A stretch of 60,335 nt of DNA, the filler included, from Sphacelaria rigidula (Eukaryota), in NCBI GenBank assembly GCA_964200075.2. It is 7 parts of 7 records of this genome, joined end to end, with 100 filler letters (N's around TTAATTAATTAA, not from the genome) between each part and the next. Parts side by side here need not be neighbours in the genome. Positions count along the whole stretch, not along the records: positions 34,538 to 43,070 come from CAXNAA020010865.1; positions 43,171 to 51,703 come from CAXNAA020010866.1; 5 more parts are not named here. One strand, written 5' to 3'. Shown one piece after another: positions 36,020-48,229 of this stretch (position 1 is its first letter; every line of letters begins with the position of its first letter). Under the pieces are notes generated by a model, which saw only the letters and a list, made by a program, of their open reading frames with translations, was not told where the DNA came from and did no database searches. The position numbers and the translations under genes are program-made.

Positions 36020-39000
36020 CACAACTATACCAAACTCACGCGTAATGCGGGCAGCACCGGCACGAGTCACGCGCAATTTACGCAACTCGTTCGTGAGAAA
36101 TTCCGGAGCGGCCTCAAAAATATGTTTGAAAGGCTCCCACGTGCGCTCCTCAACTTCGAAACCAACCCAGTCGACCATCACGATCAACGAACGATCATCT
36201 GCTTCTGCCACTCGGACAATACAAGCCATCTGAAATTGCCCTTGACTGAAAGCGTGCTGGAACATATCCTTCACGTCAGCCGTAATACTAAGCTGCGTGT
36301 CTGCATACAACGCAGATTAGCTACATGGGCGGTCTGACCACGACCCGAGATAATGCTCTGGATCTCAAACACGTGCGGGTGATGAGCACCAACCACTCTC
36401 CACGTACCAGTTCACGTCGCCATCAACTGGGGCGGAAGGCCCGGACGACGCACGCGTGCATACAAGACATGGTCGCCTACCTCACAATTCGGCGATTCCA
36501 GCCCCGACGAGGACCCCTCACGTCCACGCGTACGTTCAGCGGCAATACGTTCCTTCAGTTGAACGTGGAAACGTTCTTGCGAGTCCAAGACTCTTTGCAA
36601 CGCACGCTAGATTCGGCCGTCATCCAAGACATCACAATTCCTTTCCCCCGCCGACGAAGACGCCAACACCGAGAAAGATGTCCGAGGAGCATGGCCAAAC
36701 ATCACGTGGTACGGCGTACCATCATGACGACGACGATACGCTGTATTGAGCGCCCATTGGACCGCAGGCAACACGTCCATCCACTCGGAAACCGCTCTGA
36801 GCGAAGGGCACGAAGTACTTCCTTGAACATGCGTTCACACGTGCCATCAGACCACGGAGAATACGCCGCCGCAAATTGGTGATCAACATGATAGGCCTCT
36901 CGCAATCGGGCCAAGATCGCATTCTTAAAATGCGTGGCGATATCACTCACCCACACACGCGGCACCCCCCAAAGGTTTGAACCAATTCAGCAAAGATGCA
37001 GCAGTCGATTCAGCAGTACATACTGCTACTAGTTCAAGAGACACGAAGGTGCTCAAATCATCCATGATCACCAAAATATATCGAAACCCAGCATCCTCCG
37101 ACAAATCTTGGGGAAGCTAGCGGGCCACTCTCGCCCACGTACAAGAAGTCGAAATGAACGACTTCATTCGGCATGGTCTCACTGACCGTTTGGCCGAGCG
37201 GGCGGGGAACAACATCGCCCGCCTTCGAGTCCGAACAGTGGAGACACTAGCGGAAAAATTCGCGCACATGAGTCTCTATTCCCTGCCAGACATAAACCTC
37301 TTGCCAGCGCACGCGCGTCGCAGCCACACCATGATACTCGGCGTCGCACATGTGCGCGCAAATCATCAGACGTACCTGCAACTGCTTGTCAGTACTCGGA
37401 ATCCACAAAACGTTTCGACCACGCACATGCCTTCGAAACAGACCTTCATTGTCCAAGATAGCAGTACCAATGTCCGACTCGAAATATTGCACATCCGCAT
37501 CTTCGGCCTCAAGGTCTTTCCGTTGCGCTTGGCGAACAACAGATTTGGACGGCATTGTGTCACTAGGTTTACACGGGCTATACACAGCCACAGCGCACCG
37601 GAAAAAACGAATTTTTCATCGAACGCGGAAAGTAAGTCACCCCACGCGGTACGGTCACCCGAAATGTGGCAAATCGAGTAATGATACTGGCCAGGAACAC
37701 CTTTACAACCCTTCAAACGTTGCGCTAACGCTTTCGACACAGACGCAGCGCACGCTTCCGGGTTGAAAATATACACGAGATATCGGTGATCCGTGAAAAT
37801 GCGCACGCCATCTCACGAAAAAATCTCCAAACGACGGAAGGTGCTCACGATAGTAAACTCTTCCTTGTCAACTGTGGCCTGACGCAACTGCGAATCCTTG
37901 AAACTGCCATTGAGGAAAGCCAGCGGCTCACGCGTCATATCTTCGACTGGCAAGAGTCGTTGTATTTCAACTTCAGGCACCTGCGTGACAACACTACCCC
38001 AATGGCACTCAGGAGCATCCGGAAACATCAACACCTGGCAATTAGGACGAGGATGGAATAGTGTCACGGTACAGGCCACCATATCCTTCGCTGCCGCCCA
38101 CGCCTGCAGCCTGCCCTCCGACCACGATGCAGCCTTCTTTGGAAACGCCATAGCCGGGCTGGACCACACCGCCTGCAAATTCCGGAACACCAACCCGAGC
38201 GCCAAAAGAATCGCCATGCACGACGCCAACCAACTCGACTTCATCGGATCGTACCACCGCGGCTTCGCCTTCACCGTGGACGCCCCAGGTTTTAGCTGAA
38301 CATTCATTGGCTCCACTCGCGCAGGGGGATCACCCTGCATTGCACGACGAAACGCATTGACGCGGTGATGCAAGATGCCGCGTAGGCGTTCCGCTTTTGA
38401 GACGCTGAGGCCTTTCGCCACAGCACCCGTCACGCTCTCCTCCAGCGCGACCTTCCGAGCGGACTCCTCTTCCGCCGGATCCATGAACATCTCCGGGCCG
38501 CGCTCCACCAAGCATTCCACCGCCTCATCCCGCTCCTCGTCCACTTGCCCTCAGCCTTCTGAAAAACATTCCCCGACAAGCTCACGCGACGACTGCGCAA
38601 AAAGGCGGGCGTCTCCACGCGGGGACCAGGCGGAGACGCCCGCGTCTTCATGGAGTCCCACAACCGCGCATACGGGTCCACTCCCAGATCCTGAAGCGTC
38701 GACAACCCCAGAAGAATGACGCCATCCGACCCCGGCATGATCGCAAACGAGACCGGAGGCAACGGCGCCGACCCCCAGGAAGTCGTAAAAGTCAGCTGCA
38801 GTGGAACAGTACGCTCCGTGACGGAAACATGCTGACTCAACGCGGTGACGGCCTGCCGCGCCCCGAGCGAAAACGGAGCGCGCAGCGGTACACGCGGGAG
38901 AAGTTGCTCTAACATCTCTATAATCTGCACAGACAGACTCACATGACTCGTGAAGTGGGCACCAGAATCTAACACAGCCCAAACCGCCATGGCTCGACGC

Positions 39001-40230
39001 TCCTGTTGACTTGGAACAAACAGCTCCGCAGGAACATACTTGTCCGCAAATTCCACTGGCACTCCCTTCGCCGACCGATGTGCCGGTAATTCCACGTGAC
39101 GCCACGGCTGCGCAGGCCGGGAAGGCTGCGCAGGCGAAGACACCCCAGCAGGTTCAAACGGCACCGCCGGCGGGTACGACCCCCAGCCAGCAGACCAAGA
39201 ATTTGGTGAAACCCCCACCAGTGCATCAGCAGGCCTCGCGCCTGGCGCTGCGGCCGGCGTCGCCACCAGCGCAACCACCGGCGCCGGCGCAGTGTTCGGC
39301 ACTTCAGAAGTCGGTCCCACCTGCACCGCCCGTGCGGAGCAACGGCACTTACGGCGGCACCGGACCCGTGATGACGCCGCTGCCCCTGCTGCTGCTGTTG
39401 CTGTTGTTGTTGCTGCTGCTACTTAGAACTCGACTGCGACCCTCCACCGCCGGAGGATCCGCCGCCGCCACCACACCCCGATTTCGTCGTCATTTGCCCT
39501 TGTGCTGACGATGCTGATGGCGCGCGGCATGAGACTGCCCAGACTCCCAACCGAAAAACGATGAGCAATCGCGCGCGTAATAGCCGACCTGGCCACAGCG
39601 GTGGCACGTGGTGGTCGCGGCGCGGCTGACCGATTTCGAGACGTGGTGCCTCAAAGACTTCGCAGGTAGGGATCGGCCTCTCAATTGGTCTCGTGCTGTA
39701 ACTTGACAAGCACGGGTGGCTTAAGTATGGCCGACGCCAACCCCTCCACCAAAGTCTTGGTGGTTACTGCAGCCGGCCCGGGAATGAACTTACCGTTGGG
39801 GGAACGAGATACCAGTTCAACGATGGGATTTTTGGTGAAGTACTTCTCCAGACTTGAAAAGATTGGCTCCACCCGCTCCAGCACCGCCTTCCCCCGAGAA
39901 TCCATGGCGACAGCTTTCACCACGGCCGCGTACGCTTGGGTCAGCTCCAACTGGGCGACCGCCGCATGCCCAGCATGTTTTTTTATCGCCGCAACCAATT
40001 GCGGCGGGGTGATTGTGCTCTCATCATGTTCCACACGAGCAAACACTCTCTGCACATAAGTTGGCACTTGTTGAGCCATTGATACCATCTGATGTCGCAC
40101 AGCACCCCCTGCGTTAGCATGCTCCACACGCTTCTTGTACTCTAAGTACTTAGTGTAGAGAGTGCGAAATGCACTCTCGGAGTACCTATCGCCGTATTGG
40201 GAAGGTCGCAACTTTTCTCGCATAACGACG
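36020..40230 (-). pseudogene. gag-pol pseudogene of contig-5 gypsy element
   Basis: gag (39681-40406 ORF); CHRCGQVGYYARDC zinc knuckle with His replaced by Tyr; VLDSGA protease; RNase H FPDA..EPLAFLNGSF..FTDHRYL; integrase WVSD..HFKN..AYSPWSDGTCER; chromodomain VDWVGFEVEERTWEP. Confidence 0.93.
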
Positions 40231-40547
40231 AGCGTCACGCTGGGTCGCCATAGCAGCAGCCGGCTACCTGCGAACCTTTCGCAGGCCAGCGGACTATCGC
40301 GAATTGCACACTTTACCCTTCCTTTGTCGCTGCACCACACAGTCCTAGGAGTCTCCAAACTCCCGCTGCACGCAGCTTCAGCAAATCTCCAGTCTGGATC
40401 AATCACAGGCCAGCCGCCCTGCTGCAGCTGCCTCAGCTTGAACCCCGTACACGCGTCCGTGATGAATCACGTCGTCCCAAGCTTCCAGACTCTTCCGCCG
40501 AAATTCTCCCAACAGGTTCCGTTAGGTACTAGCACTAATGTCGATAT

Positions 40548-40816
40548 TGCGACGCCAGCCAGAAAACGAACTGCTGGATCGCCGCTGTCTGAGGGACTCC
40601 CCAGTCGCACTGGCCTCAGCTTCAGTTGTCAGCCTTTCCAACATTTCTTTATCCGAAGTGCCCTTGCAGGCACAGCTTCATAGACCCGCCGGGGTATCAT
40701 CCCCGTGGCCCCGGTGATTATCCAAAATCACCCTAGAATCCTCCGGAATCCCCGTGTCCCTGGTCATTATCCAGATCATCACTACCAACTCAACGTAACG
40801 GCGTAATTTCGTCACA
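40548..40816 (-). repeat. 5' LTR (269 bp)
   Basis: tgcgacgccagcc...taatttcgtcaca. Confidence 0.95.
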
Positions 40817-40968
40817 GGTCCAACGTCTGATCTTGTCCACCCCCCTCGCAGAATACATCCCCAATTTGTAAAATCCGGTGTTTGTTCCGGAGGCCAAATG
40901 TGGCACAGTCCAACTCATTCCACGTACGTGGGGGTCGTTGTCCAAGGGTTGAGGGACTTTTCGTGAAC

Positions 40969-41245
40969 TTTTCCTGTTGATGTCCCTCCAACCGTGGTTT
41001 AGGGATTGAAATATAGCATGCCATATCTCCGGCGTGTTGGCGTCGAATTCGGCAAACGATAGCTCGAATGAACCGTAACGTCCGCGCGATCAACGTCCAG
41101 CAAGGAAAACCATGAAAAAAGCACATAAGAAGTAAAGGCACACTTCGTGAGTTTTCCTGTTGATGTCCCTCCAACCCTGATTCAGTGGTTGAGTTGTAAC
41201 ATGCCATATCTCCGGCGTGTTGACGTCAAATTCAACGAACCACAG
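40969..41245. repeat. Direct repeat, about 183-bp period
   Basis: ttttcctgttgatgtccctccaacc...catgccatatctccggcgtgttg occurs twice. Confidence 0.85.
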
Positions 41246-41299
41246 GGTGTTGACATCGAAAATATGCCGTTCTATAGTATCGAAAACCCCCACAGACAC

Positions 41300-41970
41300 C
41301 AGTACGGTACATCCCTGTAAAAGAGTACAGTACAGGCAGCAGAAGAGTACGGTTATGTTCTGTAGTATGGTATTTCTTATAGAACTAACAGAAGTATGGG
41401 GTCACAGGTATGCGAATCTTACATAGCTTACAGAATTGTTGGGTATCGGTTTGAAAGTAACTAAAATTACAGAACTTGTCGGGTACGGTATAGGGGGCTT
41501 GCAGAAACCGTACCGGCAATCAGGTATTTTTTCAAGAGCATATCCGCGCTCCGAGTTACGGGTAAACACTCTCTACAGAATTCACACAACTGTCAGGTAA
41601 GGGTATGGGAGGCTTACAGTCCTCACAGAAACTATCGGGCAGGGTATGAAGGTTGCGCATAACACCGTGCCCGCAAACGGATATCTTACCAAGAGCATAC
41701 CCACGCCCCCCGGTCACGGTACGGGGGGTTTACAGAACTCACAGAACTATCGTGTAAGGCCATGGAAGTCTCACAGTGTACACAGAACTGTCGGACACCG
41801 GCATAAAAGTCTTCCAGAGTTTACAAAACTGTCGGGCCGGGTATGAACACTGTGGAGCTCTTACAGAAGCCACAGAACTGTATGGTACAGTAATTTTCTG
41901 GGAAACACACCCCGGGTATACGGAAAACCGTACAATACAAAACACAACCCTGATCTTATTTTCACCCCTG
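41300..41970. repeat. ACAGAA/CGGGTA-rich repeat element, copy 1
   Basis: Repeated cacagaactgtcggg(ta) motifs; ends in ttttcacccctg (hAT-like terminus). Confidence 0.75.
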
Positions 41971-42035
41971 TGGTGAGAGCTACGTCACTCCAGTAGCGAA
42001 CTACGAATAACAGTTCACGAAAACTCTGAACGGCT

Positions 42036-42320
42036 TCAAAGTTTTGATAGAGAAAGACTACACGAACACTCGAAGTAGTGCATGTGCACGGGATCGTCAA
42101 TATCTATCGACTTCACGTTCGCTCTCAGAGGGTATATTGAGGGGCCCCCACGGCTGCCCGCTCTCTGGAAGCCCTTCGGCATGATAAAATCGTCGACGGC
42201 CACGACGACTTCCGGTGGCAGCTCATACTCCTTGCTATTCATGTCGACAATGTCATGGGATTTGATTACCACGGCACAAACATCAACGTCGATCACGTGC
42301 GCCTTGCTGCTTGATCCCCT
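42036..42320 (-). CDS. Candidate exon or gene fragment of unknown function
   Basis: Protein-like ORF (..HVIDVDVCAVVIKSHDIVDMNSKEYELPPEVVVAVDDFIMPKGF..) with GC-rich third positions, between two repeat copies; no family recognised. Confidence 0.3.
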   Translation of the reverse strand, partial: RGSSSKAHVIDVDVCAVVIKSHDIVDMNSKEYELPPEVVVAVDDFIMPKGFQRAGSRGGPSIYPLRANVKSIDIDDPVHMHYFECSCSLSLSKL

Positions 42321-42549
42321 GGTGGCGCAAATGAATCACCCCAATCAAGCCACCAATTGAATCTGCGGGGTATCAATCCTGACGGTCTGCAGTACATGCT
42401 GCTCATGTTTCATGTTTCAACACAGCAGTACCTCGTAACCCGTCATATTTCAAACTAATGAACTTTCCAACATTGAATTTGTGTTTTTGTGCAGTGTTGA
42501 ATGAAGGAGTAGGGTAGGTTGATCGATGAAAGGCACATCTTCGGGTCAT

Positions 42550-42980
42550 CAGGTTATGTTGGGATCGGACCTATATCCATACCTCCCCAAGGTATGTACC
42601 TGTGCTCGTGCCTGAAATCGGGTATGTCTACGACGATATACCCTAACCCCGGGTAGGGGTGCATGTGGGAGTCTTACAGAGCTCACAGAACTGTCGGGTA
42701 CCGGTTGGAAGGTCTCACTGAAATTACAGAACATGTCGGGTATGATATAGGAGCCTTACAGAAAACCGTATCGGCAATCAGGTATTTCTTCAAGAGCATA
42801 CTCGCGCTCCGGGTACGGGTAAACATTCTCTGGAGAACTCACAGAACTGTCGGGTAAGGGTATGTGAGACTTACAGACCTCACAGAAACTGTCGGGTAGG
42901 GTATGCATGTTGCATTGAATACCGTACTCGCAACCGGGTATCTTATCAAGAGTATACCCGTGCCCCCCGGTAACGGTAGA
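42550..42980. repeat. ACAGAA/CGGGTA-rich repeat element, copy 2
   Basis: About 42660-42975 aligns with about 41395-41720 (cagaaa.ccgta.cggcaatcaggtattt.ttcaagagcata..cgcgctccg). Confidence 0.85.
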
Positions 42981-43070
42981 GTCATCCTACGATAGGGCAG
43001 GGGTATTTGGTTGCACGAAAAATGAGGCTCATAAGTGTGTCAGACACCCTTCCACACTTGCGTTGCGCTT

Positions 43071-43170
43071 NNNNNNNNNNNNNNNNNNNNNNNNNNNNNN
43101 NNNNNNNNNNNNNNTTAATTAATTAANNNNNNNNNNNNNNNNNNNNNNNNNNNNNNNNNNNNNNNNNNNN
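43071..43170. other. Artificial contig linker
   Basis: N44-TTAATTAATTAA-N44. Confidence 0.98.
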
Positions 43171-43279
43171 TTGTAGGGATGCGAGGTCAATGGTCTTATG
43201 ACTATGGCATGCATGATCATGAGTACACCCCCTACTTCCCCCTTCGATCACTGTTCGCGTCATCGTGTGCACGGCTCGA

Positions 43280-43599
43280 GAAAGGTTATCCTACCGACCG
43301 ATTTCGTGGTGGGAGACATCGCCGTGGACGAGTTTGGCCCCCTCATGGGAACAGAACGGCCGCAGGAAGGAGATGATGACGAAGGCGAAAAACGCGAAAC
43401 AGACAACGACACAGACGGAATAAATCATCAACGGTCAGACGGTGGAGACACCGCAAATGCCGCGAGCGCCGCAAGGCCCGCCGAAGGTGGCTTTGGGGGT
43501 ACTATAGAGGCAGCCACGGGTGACGGGGAAGATGATACTATCGGCGCGACAGCGGATCCGGAAGACGAGCCGGCGGCGGGATTCGAGTACGAGGGAGAG
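43280..43599 (+). CDS. Candidate acidic low-complexity exon
   Basis: KVILPTDFVVGDIAVDEFGPL..EGDDDEGEKRETDND..GFEYEGE ends at donor-like GAG|GTGAGG; acceptor unclear. Confidence 0.3.
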
Positions 43600-43749
43600 G
43601 TGAGGGGTATCTTGACCCCCGCGTTTGTTACCCTGTTAAGCGATTGCATACGCGAACCGTTCGGTACCAGCTCGTCGCTTAGCCATCTACGTACGTACGG
43701 CCGATATTCAGTCCATCTCCATGACCGTACACTTTGCTAAGTCGTCGCC

Positions 43750-45050
43750 GTCAATCCTGATGCTGTGCACCTTCTTTAGATTTCACGTTGTCACGGAATA
43801 GCTCGCAACCGTGAGAAAGTCGCTCTTGGAGTGATCGTGTGCTGTTGCAATCGCCCGCCGATCTTCACAGAGTAAATCGTGCACAGCTTGTCCGCGTTCG
43901 TGGTGGACTTCCGCCAAAAACCGCAGTTGGAGATTGCGTTCAGCCAGTCAATGCTTACTCGTTCGCTCCTCTTGTCGCTACTCGTCGACGCTTTTCAAAA
44001 TAGACTATGGACGTCTCCGTTGAAGAGGGCATCCCACGAGGGTTTCGAGCGATGGACATAGGGCCACAGACTACTGCCATGTTTACGGTGAGTTCGTGGG
44101 CGGGTTTAGGAAACAGGTGAAAGTGTTTCGGATCGCTGAATCGACGCGTCGAAGCGAATGGCAATCTTTTACTTGACACGGACCGGACATGATTCGCGAG
44201 CTGGTGAACGTTCTCCTACGACACCACGCACGCGTTGATCCTTCACGAGTCACCGCGGTGAAATATGGCTGCGCTTCCGCTTCTATGCACACGACGTATT
44301 TACTCGAAGTGAAAAAAATAGAGAGTGTCGAAGTGGGAATAGATATGCCGACTAGCTGAAGACATTGCGCCTCATTGCTATTGAAGATCGTTGAAGACCG
44401 CATCCAACGTTTCCACGAAATCGCCCTTCAAACGAGCAAAGCAGGCAGTCCCACAGGCGTCGTGCTTGTTCCCAATACCAACCAGCACTACACGCTTTCC
44501 ACCTCGCCGCCTACGTCCATTCAATCGCCAAGGTACCTGCTTAACATATTACCCTGTCCCTGCACCCCCTACCCGTCCCGTCGATGCCCTCAACAAAACA
44601 TCCGGTGTCTTTGACAAAACGACCCGAAAAAAAAGAGCGCCGTTGCTCAATCGCGAAGCATACTTTGGCACGGCATGTTGGGTGTCGCGGAATGCACGGC
44701 TTTCCAGTCCGGAACGCGGGAAGTGTTGGAGGCGGCAACCACGGCACACGATAGCGACGAGTTGAGGGAGGTCGGCGCGTCCCCTGTTGTCGTGTTGTGC
44801 GGCAGGTGTGTCAGACTTCGGCTTGATACCTTGTGTCACATTCCGGATTTTGGTGCAAGTGTACACTCTATTATATCCCTGTTCATTATTCGATGTTTGT
44901 TCATGCAATCTACTTCGTGTGGGCGACGACATTTCTCCCTCATGCGGAGGCGTGGTGGTCCCTGCTCGAAGTTTTGCGCTCACCATCGGCACGTTGTAGA
45001 CGAGAGCTGAGCATGTTTGACAGGATCCAACTTCTGTATAGTTTCAGTTG
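43750..45050 (-). pseudogene. Probable hAT transposase fossil
   Basis: NMLSRYL (after TRW), SIPTSTLSI (YPTLS-like), FWRK..AIATAHDHSKSDFLTVA (dimerisation-like) in order; very decayed. Confidence 0.4.
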
Positions 45051-45559
45051 TTAGTTTGGCCGTTTCAAGCTACAGCCACGTCGGAAACGTCTATATCAGT
45101 AAAACTTGCGAAGGTGAAACTTTGAAAAAAATAGCTTAGCGTACTTTTTTTAATCTTGGTAAAAATACTCCCCTCTCGGAAATAACGGACCTTTTCAGCT
45201 CCGCTCAAATCTTCAACCTCACCGAGTACGTCGGCCAATGCAGAAAAGGCTGCACGTCGTGCGGCGGGGTGTATACAATTCCGTCGGGTGCAACTTCATG
45301 CACAGTGCCGTGCGTTTCATGGCATAGGATACGAGACCGGACAAAGTGGGGGCATCTCACGCCTTATCAAAACACATCGCGAATTGCCTCTCCGAGTACA
45401 GTAGTGTTCTGAGGTATCAGAAAGAACACCTTCTGACTCACATAGCGTGCCCTCGTGATGTATATGTGAAGTCAATTGATGGATCCTTCTGATGAACGCA
45501 AACAGATCTCTTGGACTGTGGGCTGGCAAGCTGATTGAGGCGGAGGGTGATGCACCACG

Positions 45560-47080
45560 CCTAGGGGCGGGATCAGGAGTATCACACGTGAGAAGTGTAC
45601 GCGACATCAGGACCGTTTCTCACATACTCCGGAGCAACTGTTCCGAGCATCCGCTCGATTTGGAAGCACGTCCCTATTTGTGCCCATGTTCTTCCGCCGC
45701 GATGGAACATTTGTGACCCAGTTTTCATGCGCTCATGTTCCTGCAACAAATATACCACGCGTCTCGCGGACGAAGGATCGAACCGTGAATTTGATCGCAA
45801 CGAATTCCACAACTGCTACAATTAGGGCGCGCGTTTTCGGTTGTCGGTACTTGTAATCGTTGAATCACGTTAGCCGACGCGAACAACGTGCCGGGCGCTG
45901 TGGGCGTCCTAGTTAACCCTTGCCGTGCTGCTGGTGTGCCACATATATACTCTCGAGAAGTATACGTTGTTTGCCTGCGTACTCTCAACCAACCTTCCGC
46001 ATTCTTGTCCGTTTCATTGGTTCCGCCGTACCATTGATTACTGGCAGGTTTGCACCGACCCGCGGTTATGCTCGAGAGTACTGGAAGGGCGATATATCCC
46101 GGGCCTAAGACAGCTGAGCGTGAGAGATCCGGCGCCAGGAGACGCAGATCTCGGAAAGGCATGAGAAATAACCAACACAACTAGAATTGGTGCTCAGATG
46201 CCCAATGAGTCCGATCTCCGGTGTTCGCACATCATATTCAAACCACCACTGTGACGTTAGACCACTCTAATAAAATGTCGGCGAAAATCAGACCCTGGAA
46301 TATGCTTTCAGATGATGACCTTCTGCATGTTTAACCTAAACAACGGACCGTTGAGTCAACGAGCGTCGAACAAAGCAAGGAGCCGTAATGCCGTGCCTGA
46401 GTTTTCGATCCAACGACACCCAGCGAATTCACAGAAGTTGACCATTCATCAAGATCGATCCCTTTTTTTTGTCGCCATCCACAGTCAGCATCTATTTGAC
46501 GCACTTTTGTAACGCCGTCCGATGTTGTCGGCTTGCAAACGTAGACACGAGATATTGTTCCCGAGAGTGTGTGAAGGCTTCAACGTTTGCCCCCGAGTGC
46601 ATTCGATTTGGTGAATAGTCTGAGGTGAAGACAGCGGAGAAGTAGGAAATATAGTCCGGTCCGAAAAATGTCGTGGGGTACGATACTCATCAGCGCTTTT
46701 TTTGGGTGGTCGTATTCCTGTCAGAAGAGTTAGCGTGTGTTCATACCCATCGTATTCCCAGCGTACCGTCAACCGTATGTTGGACGTGCTGCTAATGTTC
46801 GAAGTTCGTGTCGCAGCGGGAATCCCAGTAGTGTACCGTCCCCAATAACGCGAGGCCTTGACACGATGTGCTTGGTCCCCGTGCCACGCCGCCTCACTAC
46901 AACACTGCATCGTGATCTTCGCGGTATGTAAATGCTCGCAAACGCTTGTCTCACAGAGGTATGCCTGTATGCGAATACCCGACGATGCTTTCCCGACACA
47001 ATGACGTAGGTTCTCCGGCGACGCCCTTTCGGTGACGACGACGACGAGGAAGATGGCGAAGACGACGATGGCGAAGACGA
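45560..47080 (-). pseudogene. Probable hAT transposase fossil
   Basis: Dimerisation-like MFHRGGRTWAQIGTCFQIERMLGTVA (xxAQIERDFxxAG) near 45620-45720; upstream extent uncertain. Confidence 0.35.
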
Positions 47081-48143
47081 GGATCAAGCGAGCGGCGATG
47101 ACTCCGATACATGATGAACAAATACTCGTTCGTTTCTAAACACGTAATAGGCCTTCGCTGCGGACAGACGGCGTATATTGGAAGTCTTGTTACCACACAC
47201 GGACAAGGCGTGTTTGCATATCAACAAAACACGTGACAGGCCAAGGCTGCTCTTTTGATTGATGACATGAAGTACGCTCGACTTCAAGCTGTACCCCCTG
47301 CCACCCATATTCTAGATCCAGCTAAATTCATGCAGATGCCTCTGTAAATTCGGAGCAGCTTCCCGCTTATCTCTCTCCCGGCCCCCCTCCCCCTCCCCCC
47401 CTCCTACAGGCTGGTGCATGGTGAATACCCAAATTTTATTCCCCATTAGATACAGAACGCAAACCTGGCCCAATAGAAATATATTTGGTATCATAGTGAC
47501 CCCCGCGAGCAAGCGAACAGTGTGACATGGGCCAAATTTTTTCTCGCGCACTTCGTCGTGGAGCTGGTAGTGAAACATTTCTCGGCCAATCATGGGCCTT
47601 CAAAGTGCTCTAAGATTCAAGACGCGACTTCCCGACACAAATTGTACCCAGTCGCGTCACGAAGAAACCTCGGTAACCATCATCTGCAAGGGAATCTGAC
47701 GTAATTACATAGATTTGAAATTGGTTCGTGCGGGATCGAGTCATACCCCAAAACGTGGTATTTCGATGGTATGGGGTTTTGGCGTTGTCGGACTTTCGCT
47801 GACAACAAGCATCGAGGACCGAGAGAGCCCCCTGATGTTTTCCATTGTAACCTTCGTACTGGGCAGGTGGTAGATATGGGTGCTATGAACAGGGGGAAGA
47901 AATGCTGAAGAGCGTTCACTTCAGCATTTATCCGCTCTCTACAGGCTTTCAGGGGTTCCCGCATGAAGACCCCCAGAAGCCGGGGCATATTTCTTCAAAA
48001 ATTGAATTTTGACTCGTTTCGAGGTAGTCCAAGGAACGTTTGCTCTACGTTTTGTTGCGTAACTTGCAAAAAAAATCCCAAACGATCGATTCAATCTTGA
48101 GTGCACAAGGAGAACGTCGGTGCGATACCATCATCAAGTAATT

Positions 48144-48219
48144 AGGGGGGGGGCGTACTCATTTGTTGCTTGCCTTAGTCATTTGACCATTGACCACGCA
48201 TCCCTTTCGAGACGGAGCA
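48144..48219 (-). repeat. Dispersed repeat homologous to 51470-51703
   Basis: Reverse complement is tgctccgtctcgaaagggatgcgtggtcaatg..gactaaggcaagcaa..tgag.ac.ccccc. Confidence 0.9.
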
Positions 48220-48229
48220 NNNNNNNNNN
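48220..48229. other. Internal scaffold gap (10 N)
   Basis: Run of 10 N without the TTAATTAATTAA linker. Confidence 0.95.

Larger units (their letters stand above)
35684..40816 (-). mobile_element. Structurally complete Ty3/gypsy chromodomain LTR retrotransposon with RT-core deletion
   Basis: Two homologous TG..CA LTRs, 4-bp TSD GGTC (35680-35683 and 40817-40820), gag-CCHC-PR-(RT deleted)-RH-IN-chromo. Confidence 0.95.
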
